Source: an uncultured Oscillospiraceae bacterium (GTDB lineage Bacteria > Bacillota > Clostridia > Oscillospirales > Oscillospiraceae). Taken from it: a stretch of 64,000 bases of DNA. Positions 50,523-63,529 of the stretch are shown piece after piece. The stretch covers positions 29,157-93,156 of the forward strand of contig CAJURY010000004.1 in the NCBI GenBank assembly GCA_910589155.1. Reading direction: 5' to 3'. Below the pieces are notes generated by a model, which was not told the DNA's origin, searched no databases, and saw only the letters and a list, made by a program, of their open reading frames with translations. Within the stretch, counting starts at the first letter, position 1; each line of letters starts with the position of its first letter. A program made the position numbers and the translations under genes.

Positions 50523-52043
50523 TTATGTTTTTGCGTCGGAAAGCTGGCGGCTGTTGCTGGTATGGAATACATTGTCAAGCCCCGGCAGCAAATTGGACAC
50601 GACGCCTCTGGTGGCGTACACCGCGTAGGTGCGCAGTAGCAGCGGACAAAGCTGGCCGCTGTCCATGACGGCTTTGTGCAGCTCATAGTAGTTGCCGCTG
50701 TTTTCCAGGGCAGCAAGGCATAGTGCATAGGTTGTACTGTTGGCCATGGAGCCGTAATTCGCTGCGCCGCCCTCCTCGAAGAACGGCGAAAGATCGAAAT
50801 TGGGCGAAAGGCGAATCTGTCCCAGATACAGGTCAAACTGCCCCTGTTCCAGGGCGGTTTTGTAGCTTTCTCCCGTCCGGACGTCCACCGTAGCCAGCAG
50901 ACCGCATTCGTTTAAATCCGCCGCAATTGCCTCTGCGGCCTTGACTCTGGCGGGGTCGTCCCCGTCCACCAGCAAAATTGCGGAGGTGTTTTTCAGTCCG
51001 GCGTTGGCAAGGGCGTCTGAAAAAATGCCGGGGTCATAGCCGTACTGGGATGCCAGCGTTTCCTCGTAAAAGCTGGAAGCGGGAGAGGCGGGCAAATAGG
51101 CTGCTTCCGCAAAGCCGCTGTAACAGCCAATGAGGCTTTCCCGCTTCACGCCATGGGTTAAGGCGCTGCGCACCGCGCCGTTGGAGAAAGGCCCCGCCCC
51201 GCGATTACAGCCCAAATACAGCAAAATGCCTGTGGCGCAGTCCCAAAGCTCATAGTCGCACCGGAAGGGCACATAGGTCTTGGCGCTGGGATCGGCGCAG
51301 ACAAGATCCGTATTGCCGAACTCAAATTCGTTGCGCACCTCGGAAGGCGACGCGGCGGCATTTAGATACAGCGTATCAAAATCAATGGCGGAAGGATAGT
51401 CGCTCCACCAGTTTTGCACCTGCTCCAAACGTAAGGTCTCCCCTCCTGCAATCAGACGATAAGGACCTGTGCCATGGGGCTGGGATTCTTCCGTCTCGTC
51501 GGCTGGGACAATGGGAATGTCTAAAAGCAGGGGCAGATTTTCATATGGGGTATCCAAGGTCAAAACCAGCGTTCCGTCCTCCTGCGGGGAAATCCCCGCT
51601 ACGTGCTTCAGCCGGTCGCCGTAAACGGCGCTGTTCCGGGCAGCTCGGAGACTGGCGGCAACGTCGGCGGCAGTCAGGGCAATCCCGCTGGAAAAGCGGG
51701 CGTTTTCCAGGGTGAAGGTATAGGTTTTCAGGTCTTGAGAAACGGAAAAAGTTTTACAAAGCACCGGCTCGGCCTGATAGCTGGAGGTAATGGAAAAAAG
51801 CCCCTGATACAGAAGAGACATTACCGAGCGGTTAATGAGGGTGGTGCAGCGATAAGGATTGAACCCCGCCATGGGATCGTAGGCAAGGCCGAAGGTTTCT
51901 GCCCGATTCGGGGCGGTTGGCTGCGTCTCGGTAGGCTGCGTCACGTCCGGCTCGGTGGGTGCAGCCGACTTTTGCCCGCAGGCGGACAACAGTAGAGCAA
52001 TGCCGAGAAAAATGGATAAAACGCCTGTTTTTTTCAAGAACAT
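50523..52043 (-). CDS. ABC transporter substrate-binding lipoprotein, family 5 (peptide/nickel type), no cognate permease nearby
   Basis: Signal plus lipobox LGIALLLSAC. About 500 aa with SBP_bac_5-like composition. Confidence 0.8.
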   Translation of the reverse strand: MFLKKTGVLSIFLGIALLLSACGQKSAAPTEPDVTQPTETQPTAPNRAETFGLAYDPMAGFNPYRCTTLINRSVMSLLYQGLFSITSSYQAEPVLCKTFSVSQDLKTYTFTLENARFSSGIALTAADVAASLRAARNSAVYGDRLKHVAGISPQEDGTLVLTLDTPYENLPLLLDIPIVPADETEESQPHGTGPYRLIAGGETLRLEQVQNWWSDYPSAIDFDTLYLNAAASPSEVRNEFEFGNTDLVCADPSAKTYVPFRCDYELWDCATGILLYLGCNRGAGPFSNGAVRSALTHGVKRESLIGCYSGFAEAAYLPASPASSFYEETLASQYGYDPGIFSDALANAGLKNTSAILLVDGDDPARVKAAEAIAADLNECGLLATVDVRTGESYKTALEQGQFDLYLGQIRLSPNFDLSPFFEEGGAANYGSMANSTTYALCLAALENSGNYYELHKAVMDSGQLCPLLLRTYAVYATRGVVSNLLPGLDNVFHTSNSRQLSDAKT

Positions 52044-52046
52044 CCC

Positions 52047-52839
52047 TCATTTCAGCATGATAATTGCCGCCTGAGAACCCCGCTCCCCGTGGGTCACGCG
52101 ATGGGACCAGTATTTTTCCGGCAGGCAGGCGGTGCAGTCTCCGCTTGTGAAAATCTGCGAAACCCCGGCGCGTTCCAGCCAGATCTTCGCAAGTTTCTTT
52201 AAGTCCACATGGTACTTCTCGCCTTTTTGGGTAATTGCGCGGGCAGCCTCTTCTCCCAAGGATTCCAGCATGGCGCGCGGCACATCCTCGCTTGTTTCAA
52301 AGCAGCAGCTTCCAATGCAAGGGCCGATGGCGGCAAAGATGTTTTCCGGCTTGCAGCCGTATTCTCGCTCCATGGCCTGCACGGTTTTTGCGGGAATCCC
52401 CTTGGCCATCCCCCGCCAGCCGGCGTGGCAGCCGCCCACAGCCCGGCGCACCGGGTCATAAAACAGCACAGGGGTGCAGTCCGCGCTGAAAATTGCCAGG
52501 GCAACCCCCGGTTCGTCGGTGACAAGGCCGTCCCGCTCCGGCAAAACCGGGCGAAACAAGCCCTCTCCCCGGTTGCTTTTTCCCACCCGCTCCACAAGAT
52601 CCGTATGGGTCTGCCGGGTGAAAACCAAATCCTCCACGGAAAAGCCCAAGGCGTTTCCCAGAATTTCATAGTTTCGCAGGACATTTTCCCGGCTGTCTCC
52701 CCGGTTCAGCCCCAGATTGAGGCTTGCAAGATACCCCTGGCTCACCCCGCCGTAGCGGGTGGTGAAGCAGTGGATTGCGCCTGCCGGGAAGCCCCGGCAG
52801 ATCTCATATTCCAAGCTGTCTTTCTTTCTGTCTGCGAAA

Positions 52840-52847
<8 letters not shown>
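52047..52847 (-). CDS. pgeF: Peptidoglycan editing factor PgeF / YfiH (DUF152, laccase-domain) protein
   Basis: ...[20 protein letters not shown]...QTHTDLV...[11 protein letters not shown]...HAGWRG... Confidence 0.85.
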
Positions 52848-55593
<2,746 letters not shown>

Positions 55594-55750
55594 TATAAAA
55601 AATCCTTTCTGGATGAAATTGGCGTAACGCCAGATAATTCTATTTTCCTCGATTTTACCATTATAGCATAGCTGTCAACAAAAAAACAGATGGAAAAGGA
55701 AATATTTCTGTTAGAAAGTGGAAATTTACCGGCGCGCGCAGCAAATTGCC

Positions 55751-55778
55751 GGCGGGCGCTGCATACGCAGCGCCCGCC
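55751..55778. repeat. Perfect 12-bp-stem hairpin
   Basis: GGCGGGCGCTGC-ATAC-GCAGCGCCCGCC. Confidence 0.7.
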
Positions 55779-55843
55779 TCCGCCTGTCTAAGAATGTCAT
55801 GAGCGCGCAGCCCGCCTACAGGGAAACTGTAATTCGCGGCATC

Positions 55844-55893
55844 GTTAAAACGCTGTAGGACAGCGGTTTGCCTCTGTCCTACAGCGTTTTAAC
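55844..55893. repeat. Perfect 20-bp inverted repeat
   Basis: GTTAAAACGCTGTAGGACAG-N10-CTGTCCTACAGCGTTTTAAC, between the secA upstream region and the 3' end of the AlkZ-like gene. It contains a GTAG. Confidence 0.75.
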
Positions 55894-55944
55894 AAGCGCG
55901 CGCCGGGCTTTCGCTTCCCCAACCGCTCCTTGGCGGGCAGGGCG

Positions 55945-56985
55945 TTATTCCACAAAGGAAACGGATTCCAGGTCTTTCCACAGAGCCGCCGCTTTCGCCT
56001 CGATCCCCTTGCGATCCGCCAGGCTGACCGACGCAAAAAGCGTGACTTCCAGCTTCCTGTTTTTCTTTTTCCATTTGCCCACGATTTGTCCGCGCAGCAG
56101 CACCGTGGGCATGACGATTCCCGCCAGATTGAAAACCCTGCGCAAATGCGCCGGCTGCAAAAACAGGCTTTCTTTTTTCTCATAGCCCAGAAGCAGGGGA
56201 TCAAAGCCCGCCAGAAACAGGCATTTTGGCATGTGCCCAGAGAAATCCCTGCCGTTTTCGACCCAGTAATAGGCGCGGCCGTCTAAGACGGCTTCTTGCA
56301 CCGGCAGCCTTTGCAGCCAGCTTTTGACCGCTTTGGCCGGGGCGTGAAAAAAGTACATCGCGTCGTGGATGGTGGCGGGACCGTAGTGTTCAAAATACCG
56401 CCGCGCCAGAATCAGCCTGGCTTCTTCCTCTGGGACGGGCGTAAAAGGGGGCGTTAGGCAAAATATCTTTTCCTCCCGCACCGCGTAATGCGCAAGCCCT
56501 TTTTCGCATAGCTCCCGTATGCCGCCGCCCCAGGGATGAAACATGCTGTTTTCCTCCGGCTCCGTCATGCCGTTTTCCCGGCAAAGCGCCTTCAGCTCCT
56601 CCCGGGAGCGGGGCTTTTCCCCAAGGGCGCGGAGCATAACCGAGGAAAAATACCCTTGCCGTTCCGGGCTGAGGCTCCAGTCTGCCCGCTGATTCCACCA
56701 GGACGGTCTGTCCCAGCGGTTCTCCCGGTCTGCGCCATGGAGAAACAGGGGCAAATCCTTTTCCGCGAATACATGTATGGTTCCCCGAAGGGTCCAGTTT
56801 TTCACCAGACCGTCTTGCAGCGCGTCCATCTCCAAATTCTCGCAGCGGATTTTCAGGGCGTGTACGGCGTTGGACAAAAACTGCGCCTGCAACCCGCAAA
56901 GGGTCTGCGCCACGGTGATTTTGTCCGCCGGCTGGAGCAGGTGCTGGTTGGTAAGCCGCCTGATTTTCAGTTCCTCTAAAGTCAT
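55945..56985 (-). CDS. Winged-helix DNA glycosylase, AlkZ/YcaQ family (DUF1006)
   Basis: 346 aa. N-terminal ...RRLTNQHLL...LCGLQAQFLSNA carries the Q-x-Q motif I associate with this family. Assigned from memory. Confidence 0.55.
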   Translation of the reverse strand: MTLEELKIRRLTNQHLLQPADKITVAQTLCGLQAQFLSNAVHALKIRCENLEMDALQDGLVKNWTLRGTIHVFAEKDLPLFLHGADRENRWDRPSWWNQRADWSLSPERQGYFSSVMLRALGEKPRSREELKALCRENGMTEPEENSMFHPWGGGIRELCEKGLAHYAVREEKIFCLTPPFTPVPEEEARLILARRYFEHYGPATIHDAMYFFHAPAKAVKSWLQRLPVQEAVLDGRAYYWVENGRDFSGHMPKCLFLAGFDPLLLGYEKKESLFLQPAHLRRVFNLAGIVMPTVLLRGQIVGKWKKKNRKLEVTLFASVSLADRKGIEAKAAALWKDLESVSFVE

Positions 56986-57185
56986 GCCGCGCCTCCTTTT
57001 TTCTCAGAGCCTGTATGTATTCTTATAGTATAGCATGGGCTACAGGGCTTTTCCAGAGGAAAAATAACTGCCGGCTCAGGTTGTAAATACCAAAGATTTA
57101 TGGTATGATAAAAATAAGTTTCAATTATTTTCAGTCCAGCCTCCGGCGCAGCCGGTGAATTTTTATGATTGCGGAGATCTAAAAT

Positions 57186-58274
57186 ATGTACGAATTGATT
57201 ACAAAGGAAACCCTTGCTGAATATGAGTCCTTTCTTGCGGGGCATCCCAAGGGACATTTCGCCCAGTCCTCCCTCTGGGGGAAGCAAAAATCCGCCTGGA
57301 TCTGGCGGGCGGTGGCCGTCCGGGGCGCAGACGGTAAAATCAAAGGTTCCATGGCCTTTTTGATTCGTAAAATGCCCCTGTTTGGGGCGAGTATGCTGTA
57401 CGCCTGCCGGGGTCCTGTGTGCGATCTCGACGACCGGGCGACTTTTGCCCAGCTTCTGGAGGGCGCGAAAGCGTTGGCAAAGCAGTACCATGGCTATGTC
57501 ATTAAGGTTGATCCCGATGTGCCCTGCCAGAATACCGGGTTTGCGGAAATGATGCAGTCTTTCGGCTTCCGGGTGATGCAGACCGGCAAGAATTTTGAAG
57601 GCGTTCAGCCCAAATTCGTGTTCCGCCTGAACGTGGAGGGGAAAACGGAGGAGGAACTCATGGCCTCTTTTGCCCAGAAGCACCGCTACAACATCCGCCT
57701 TGCCGGGCGCAAGGGTGTGGAAGTGCGCCTTTGCGGGCAGGAAATGGTGCCGGATTTCACCCGTATCATGGTGGAAACCGGCGTGCGGGATAATTTTGTC
57801 ACCCGGAACGAAGCCTATTTTTCCAAAATGCTGGAAAATCTGGGAGAGCACGCCCGGCTGTACATGGCGTTTTATGAGGGGCAGCCCATTGCGGGCACCC
57901 TTGCCATTTGGTTCGGCGACAAGGTGTGGTACCTTTACGGCGCGTCCTCCAACGCCCACCGGAACCTTATGCCCAACTATCTGCTCCAGTGGAATATGAT
58001 CCAGTGGGCGGTGGAAAAGGGCTGTCGGATCTATGACTTCCGGGGGGTTTCCGGAGATCTTTCCGAGGATAATCCCCTGTACGGCCTGTATAAGTTTAAG
58101 AAGGGCTTCAACGGCGATTTTACGGAATTCGTCGGAGAAATGGATTTGATTTTGAACAAGTTTATGTATACCGCCATCGCCAAGGCCACCAAGGCCTATA
58201 AGGGATGGAACATGTTTGTTTATATGCGCAAAAATAAGAAAAAGGAAGAACCGGCGGCCAAGGCGGAAAGCTAA
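57186..58274 (+). CDS. FemAB-family peptidoglycan interpeptide-bridge aminoacyltransferase
   Basis: ...FLAGHPKGHFAQSSLWGKQK...YACRGPVCD...HRYNIRLAGRKGVEV...YLYGASSNAHRNLMPNYLLQWNMIQWA... is typical of FemX/FemAB. Confidence 0.8.
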   Translation: MYELITKETLAEYESFLAGHPKGHFAQSSLWGKQKSAWIWRAVAVRGADGKIKGSMAFLIRKMPLFGASMLYACRGPVCDLDDRATFAQLLEGAKALAKQYHGYVIKVDPDVPCQNTGFAEMMQSFGFRVMQTGKNFEGVQPKFVFRLNVEGKTEEELMASFAQKHRYNIRLAGRKGVEVRLCGQEMVPDFTRIMVETGVRDNFVTRNEAYFSKMLENLGEHARLYMAFYEGQPIAGTLAIWFGDKVWYLYGASSNAHRNLMPNYLLQWNMIQWAVEKGCRIYDFRGVSGDLSEDNPLYGLYKFKKGFNGDFTEFVGEMDLILNKFMYTAIAKATKAYKGWNMFVYMRKNKKKEEPAAKAES

Positions 58275-58630
58275 AGTGGGTGGCGCCCACGGGCAACGCG
58301 TTACGAACCCCGCTACAGGCTTGACGCACCATTGGGGGTCGCTGGACAAGAATTGCCGCCTAATTTTGCGAGGCACTTCCTGCCAAGCCGTAGGGGCGCT
58401 ACCACTTGTGCGCCCACTGGTAGGCAGCTTCAAATTTGCAACTGCAAACTACGTTGCGGCAATGCAGCAAGTTTGTTACTGGTGCGGCAATCTAAAAAAG
58501 TTACAATACGCAAAATCTTACCAAAAGAATGCCACGCCAGCGTACGCGCTGGCTCGCAATGACAGTTCTAACGAAACTGCGCCGGAAATATTGCCGGTTG
58601 CAACAGGCGGACACGCAGATTCGCCCCTAC
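58272..58630. repeat. B unit (reversed) plus ~240-bp C-type element variant
   Basis: The B unit overlaps the FemAB stop codon. REP ends at 58390-58415 and 58605-58630. Confidence 0.85.
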
Positions 58631-58698
58631 GGTGGCAATTGTAGCGGCAATCATCCGGCAAAGGCCGGGGGTGAAATATAGAAAAGGAGGCGCGCTTC

Positions 58699-59787
58699 AT
58701 GAATGCCTATGTTGTAGAGAAGCAGGCGTTGCTGAAAAACATTGAAATTTTGCGAAAAAGAATGGGAAATACCCTGATCTGGGGCGTTTTAAAAGGCGAC
58801 GGCTATGGAATCGGCGCTGTAGAATTGGCGCAGCTTCTGTATGCCCAGGGGATCGACCATTTCGCCGTGTGCGACTTGCAAGAGGCCAGAGCCCTGCGGG
58901 ACGCGGGCTTTGACGAGGCCGCCATTTTCATGATGCGCTGCACCGCCGACCCGACTGAAATTGACGAACTGCTGGATCTGCGGGTGATTCTTTCCGTTGG
59001 CTCCGCCGCCGACGCCAAGCGCATTGACGCCCTCGCCGCCCAGCGATCCTGCGTGGCGGAGGCGCATCTGAAAATCGACACCGGTATGGGACGTTTTGGT
59101 TTTTTGCCTGATGAAACCGGCCAGATGATTTCCGTTTACGCAAACTACAAGCATCTCGCTGTAACCGGGGTATACACCCATTTTCATTCCGCCCACAACC
59201 CCAAGCGCACGGAAGCCCAGTTTGTCCAGTTCCAAAACGCCCTGGAGGTCATTCGCGCCGCCGGCTACGAGCCGGGGATGGCGCACTGCTGCAATTCCAC
59301 CGCCGCCTGGCGGTATGGCGCCATGCGCTGCGACGGCGTGCGTATCGGTTCGGCGCTTCTTGGCCGGGTGGGCTGGGCGGCGAGAGCCGGGCTGACGCCC
59401 ATCGGCTACTGCGAGGCATCCATCGAAGCTCTGCGTACCCTCCCTGCCGGGCATACCGTGGGCTATGCCTGCGGCTATAAGGCAAAGGAGGATACGCCCA
59501 TCGCCGTGGTGGGAGTGGGCTGGTGCAACGGATTTGGGGTTGACCGGGGCTTTGACCTCTGGCGACCCAAGGACTGCCTGCGGGGCGTGGGGCGCTATTT
59601 GAAGGCGCTGCTGCAAAAAAAAGCCCTGTATGTGACCATTGGCGGCAAGCCCTGCAAGGTTTTGGGGCATGTGGGCATGGTAAATATGGTGGTGGACGTA
59701 TCCGGCCTGCGGTGCAAGCTGGGCGATCCGGTGGTTGTGCCCATCAATCCAGTGCTGCAAAAGAATCTGGAAATTGTCTATCGCTGA
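58699..59787 (+). CDS. alr: Alanine racemase family PLP enzyme
   Basis: PLP-lysine region WGVLKGDGYGIG, and C-terminal ...HTVGYACGY...IAVVGVGWCNGFG...GHVGMVNMVVDV. Divergent from canonical Alr motifs. Confidence 0.7.
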   Translation: MNAYVVEKQALLKNIEILRKRMGNTLIWGVLKGDGYGIGAVELAQLLYAQGIDHFAVCDLQEARALRDAGFDEAAIFMMRCTADPTEIDELLDLRVILSVGSAADAKRIDALAAQRSCVAEAHLKIDTGMGRFGFLPDETGQMISVYANYKHLAVTGVYTHFHSAHNPKRTEAQFVQFQNALEVIRAAGYEPGMAHCCNSTAAWRYGAMRCDGVRIGSALLGRVGWAARAGLTPIGYCEASIEALRTLPAGHTVGYACGYKAKEDTPIAVVGVGWCNGFGVDRGFDLWRPKDCLRGVGRYLKALLQKKALYVTIGGKPCKVLGHVGMVNMVVDVSGLRCKLGDPVVVPINPVLQKNLEIVYR

Positions 59788-59803
59788 TGAAATGGAGGCT
59801 ATT

Positions 59804-61525
59804 ATGAAAAAATGCAAACTTTTAGCCCCGATCCTGGCCGCATCGCTTCTTTTATCAGGTTGCAGCGCGGAAAGCTTTTCGGATTGGGTTGACCAGGCCA
59901 GAAGCAAGTTTTTTCACACTTTGGGGAGCCTCTCCCAGGAGGCGGCGGATGAAACGTCGCCTACAGAAGCCACCGTGGCTGCGGAGCCAGTGGAAAACGA
60001 GGAAGGCGATTACCCTGCGGAGGTGGATTTTCAGTCGATTGTCTATACTCGCCCGGATGCTGAGGATTTCACCGCTCTGGTGGAGGCGTGCGCCCAGGCG
60101 CTGGATGGAAAAGATCGTTCCGCCGCGGTGGAAAAATGCCGGGAGGTTTTGGCGGCCTACGATCACTTTTATGATATGTCCACCTATGCGTACATTCAAT
60201 TCTGCAAGGATTTAAGCGATTCCAAGTGGCAGGAGGAATATGCCTGGTGCACCGCCAATACCACCGCCGTCCGGCAGGCGATGGATCGGTATTATGAAGC
60301 CTACGATGGCAGCAAAATTCCCGGTTTGGGCGTTGCGGACTATGACGGGCATTTTACCGCCACCGGCACAAGTATTTCCATGACGGACGAGCTGGCTTCC
60401 CTCTTCGACCAGGAAGCCGCGCTGGTGAACCGGTATTATGACCTGCTTGCCGCCGGCTCCGAGAAGGACTTTTATGAAAACTATAATGAGGAAATTGCTG
60501 AGCTGTACATCGAACTCATCCAGCTTCGCAAGCAGATTGCCGAGGAAGCGGGTTATGAATCCTATGAGCTTTTCGCCAATCACTATTACCATGATCAGGA
60601 TTACACCAAGGAAGAATTGGAAACTTACATCGAAGGCGTAAAAAAATTCGTGTCTCCGGTGCTTAGTATGTGGTATCATCATGCGGACGGCGAAGTTTAT
60701 AAAAAAGACGCTGCGACCCAGGATTGCAAGGACTATCTGTCCTCCGCCGTTTCCAATATGGGCGGGGCGTTGCAAGACGCCTGGGACTATATGATCAAGT
60801 ACAATTTGTACGACGTCGCCGCTGGCGACAGCAGATACGCAGGCTCCTACGAGACCTATTTTATGGGGCTGGACATTCCCTTCCTGTTTATGTCCTCTGA
60901 GGAAAATCCCATGGATTTTTTGACCTTTGCCCATGAATTCGGTCACTTTTTCAACGATTTTGCCGCCCATGGCAGCAATGCCACCACAAATGTCGCCGAG
61001 TTTTACTCTCAGGCTATGGAGTATTTGTCGCTGTGCTATGCCGATGCGCCGGACGCTGCGCTGATTCGGCAGCTTCGTCAGGAAAAAATGGCGGACAGCC
61101 TGCAAACCTATGTAACCCAAGCGGTGATTTACCGCTTTGAGCAGCTTGCCTACGCGCTGCCGGAGGAAAAGCTTACGGTGGAAGAACTCAATTTGCAGTA
61201 TGGCAATGTGGCGAGAGAATTTAACTATCAGGTGTTCGACTGGGATACCAGAGAGTGGATCGGCATTACCCATCTGTTTGAATATCCTTTTTATACCATC
61301 AGCTACGTTCTGTCCAATGACGCGGCGATTCAAATTTATCAGATGGAGCTGGAGGAGCCGGGCAGCGGCCTTGCGCTGTACTGCGATTTGGCGAAAAGAT
61401 GGAAAGCCCAGTCTCTCCAGTCTTTCGTAGAGCAAAGCGGACTGGAGCAGCCCCTTTCCGAGGAGCGGCTGCGCTCTGTGGCGCGGCTCATGCGAGACGC
61501 GATTACCGCCAGCCCGGAGGAATGA
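59804..61525 (+). CDS. M3-family zinc oligoendopeptidase-like lipoprotein
   Basis: Lipobox LLLSGCS and the HEFGH zinc motif (FAHEFGHFFNDF). ATG 59804 behind GGAGG. Confidence 0.72.
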   Translation: MKKCKLLAPILAASLLLSGCSAESFSDWVDQARSKFFHTLGSLSQEAADETSPTEATVAAEPVENEEGDYPAEVDFQSIVYTRPDAEDFTALVEACAQALDGKDRSAAVEKCREVLAAYDHFYDMSTYAYIQFCKDLSDSKWQEEYAWCTANTTAVRQAMDRYYEAYDGSKIPGLGVADYDGHFTATGTSISMTDELASLFDQEAALVNRYYDLLAAGSEKDFYENYNEEIAELYIELIQLRKQIAEEAGYESYELFANHYYHDQDYTKEELETYIEGVKKFVSPVLSMWYHHADGEVYKKDAATQDCKDYLSSAVSNMGGALQDAWDYMIKYNLYDVAAGDSRYAGSYETYFMGLDIPFLFMSSEENPMDFLTFAHEFGHFFNDFAAHGSNATTNVAEFYSQAMEYLSLCYADAPDAALIRQLRQEKMADSLQTYVTQAVIYRFEQLAYALPEEKLTVEELNLQYGNVAREFNYQVFDWDTREWIGITHLFEYPFYTISYVLSNDAAIQIYQMELEEPGSGLALYCDLAKRWKAQSLQSFVEQSGLEQPLSEERLRSVARLMRDAITASPEE

Positions 61526-61527
61526 AT

Positions 61528-62085
61528 ATGGATAAAAAGACCCTGCGCGGGTTTGTCCGGGAGAAAAAACGAAGGCTGTCCCCAAGAGAAATTGCAAAAG
61601 CCAGCGAAATTCTGGGCGATATGCTGCGCCAGACCCCGGTTTACCGGCAAGCCCGCGCCATTTACGGCTACCTGCCCTACAATCAGGAGGTCAACACTCT
61701 GCCCATTTTGCGCCGGGCGCTGCAAGACGGGAAACGGGTGGCCGTGCCCAAGGTGTACGGCGGGGAAATGCGCTTTTTGTGGATTGCGGATTTGGAGCGG
61801 GTCGCCCCCGGCTATTGCGGCATCCCGGAACCCATTGCCGATGAACCATTGGCGGACGATCCCACTGCGTTGGTGCTGACCCCCGGCCTGGCCTTTGACG
61901 CTTCCGGTGGACGAATCGGCTACGGCGGCGGCTTTTACGACAAATTTTTCGCCCTGGAGCCTGGGCATCCCACCGTCGCCCTATGCTATGATTTTCAGCT
62001 TTTCGACACGCTGCCGGTAGAACGGTTCGACGTGCCTGTTGATCTGGTGCTTCATGCCGGGGGCGAGGCGCATTGTACTACATAA
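61528..62085 (+). CDS. 5-formyltetrahydrofolate cyclo-ligase
   Basis: ...IYGYLPYNQEVNTLPIL...GKRVAVPKV...PGLAFDASGGRIGYGGGFYDKF... Confidence 0.85.
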   Translation: MDKKTLRGFVREKKRRLSPREIAKASEILGDMLRQTPVYRQARAIYGYLPYNQEVNTLPILRRALQDGKRVAVPKVYGGEMRFLWIADLERVAPGYCGIPEPIADEPLADDPTALVLTPGLAFDASGGRIGYGGGFYDKFFALEPGHPTVALCYDFQLFDTLPVERFDVPVDLVLHAGGEAHCTT

Positions 62086-62104
62086 AAAGGAGAACCGCAA
62101 AATC

Positions 62105-62689
62105 ATGAACTGGTTTACACTGCTTGCCACCGTCGCTTTGACCTTCGGCGTGCTTTTTCTCATTGACAAGGGCTTTTCCCGGCTGTTTCGCAATCGCGTC
62201 CAGCACAAAACTGGCAAAAGCGTTCACCTGGCCAAAGCTTACGCCTTGGGCGGCTTGCTGCTTTCGGTGCTGAGTTTGCTGGGCGGCGTTTCCGTTTTGT
62301 CGGCGGAAAAGAAGGATTTTTTCCTGCTTGCGGCTTGCGGCGTGGTGTTGTGCCTTGGGGCGGGACTGCTCACAGCGTACTTGTCCTTCGGGGTATACTA
62401 CGACGAGGAAACCTTCCTTTGCTCCTCCTTCGGCAAAAAATCCGTGGCTTATCGTTTCGAGCAGATTGTCTCTCAGCAGCTTTATAATATCCGAGGCGGG
62501 ATCTGCATCAACCTTTTGCTGTCCGATGGCCGGGAGCTGGCGCTTTATGCTAATATGCAGGGCGTATATCCGTTTTTGGATCAGGCGTTTCTGGGCTATT
62601 GCCGGCAAAAGGGAATCGACCCGGAGACGGCTTCTTTCCACGACCCGGAGAACTCTTTGTGGTTTCCCAGCGCGGAAAAGGAGGCGTAA
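62105..62689 (+). CDS. Hypothetical membrane protein
   Basis: MNWFTLLATVALTFGVLFLI... with three predicted TM segments. AAGGAG RBS. Confidence 0.5.
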   Translation: MNWFTLLATVALTFGVLFLIDKGFSRLFRNRVQHKTGKSVHLAKAYALGGLLLSVLSLLGGVSVLSAEKKDFFLLAACGVVLCLGAGLLTAYLSFGVYYDEETFLCSSFGKKSVAYRFEQIVSQQLYNIRGGICINLLLSDGRELALYANMQGVYPFLDQAFLGYCRQKGIDPETASFHDPENSLWFPSAEKEA

Positions 62690-62691
62690 AG

Positions 62692-63312
62692 ATGCATATT
62701 CCATCTGGAGATACCAATACTTTGCTTTTGCAGCCTTTTTCCAGCGCGCTAGAAAGCGCTTTGCTGCCTTGCTTGGAATATGATGTGGAAAAGTGGCTGT
62801 ATGTGCCCAATACCTACGAAGAATACCGGTATATTTTAGGTACCAGAGGGAAAAACCCCTTAATCGGGATTGGGATTAACCCTTCTACGGCGCGGCCGGA
62901 CGCCTTGGACAACACCTTGAAATCCGTCCAGCGCATTGCCCTTGGCAACGGCTTTGACAGTTTTATCATGTTCAACGTCTACGCCCAGCGGGCGACGGAT
63001 CCGGACGCCATGGAGCGCCGGTGCAACCTCACGCTGCACAGGGAAAACATGGAGGCGTTCCGATACGTTTTGTCTCTCGGGGAAAAGCCCGCCATCTGGG
63101 CGGCCTGGGGGGCAATTATCGAAAAAAGAGATTACCTTGCCGATTGCCTGGAGGACATGATTGCCATTGGCGAGGCGTATGGCGCACGCTGGTTTACAGC
63201 CGGAGCGATTTCAAAAAAAGGGCATCCCCATCACCCGCTGTATTTGCGGAAGGACGCGGGGTTGGATCCTTTTGACGCGGCTGGGTATGTAAAAACCGTT
63301 TTGCGTACATAA
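62692..63312 (+). CDS. DUF1643 domain protein
   Basis: ...IGINPSTARPDALDNTLKSV...FIMFNVYAQRATDP...AAWGAII...GHPHHPLYL fits my recollection of DUF1643. Confidence 0.6.
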   Translation: MHIPSGDTNTLLLQPFSSALESALLPCLEYDVEKWLYVPNTYEEYRYILGTRGKNPLIGIGINPSTARPDALDNTLKSVQRIALGNGFDSFIMFNVYAQRATDPDAMERRCNLTLHRENMEAFRYVLSLGEKPAIWAAWGAIIEKRDYLADCLEDMIAIGEAYGARWFTAGAISKKGHPHHPLYLRKDAGLDPFDAAGYVKTVLRT

Positions 63313-63390
63313 TCCCCACATTTGTTCAAAAACTACTCCTGCGTCGGCAGCCGCGCCTTGGCTGCTAGTAACAGCAAAGGAGAATGGAGT

Positions 63391-63522
63391 ATGAAGCAAG
63401 AACCGATCCGACAGGAACCGGCCAGAACGCCCCAACCTTGGGAGGCGGTCGATCCGCAGCCTCCCGTGATTCACAGCAGCGTTCCCGGCGATCGCGGGGA
63501 AGCCCACCGCCGGGCAGATTGA
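63391..63522 (+). CDS. Possible 43-aa Pro-rich ORF
   Basis: AAAGGAGAATGG RBS before ATG 63391. Peptide MKQEPIRQEPARTPQPWEAVDPQPPVIHSSVPGDRGEAHRRAD. Followed by a 22-bp-stem hairpin. Confidence 0.25.
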   Translation: MKQEPIRQEPARTPQPWEAVDPQPPVIHSSVPGDRGEAHRRAD

Positions 63523-63529
63523 ATTCGTT

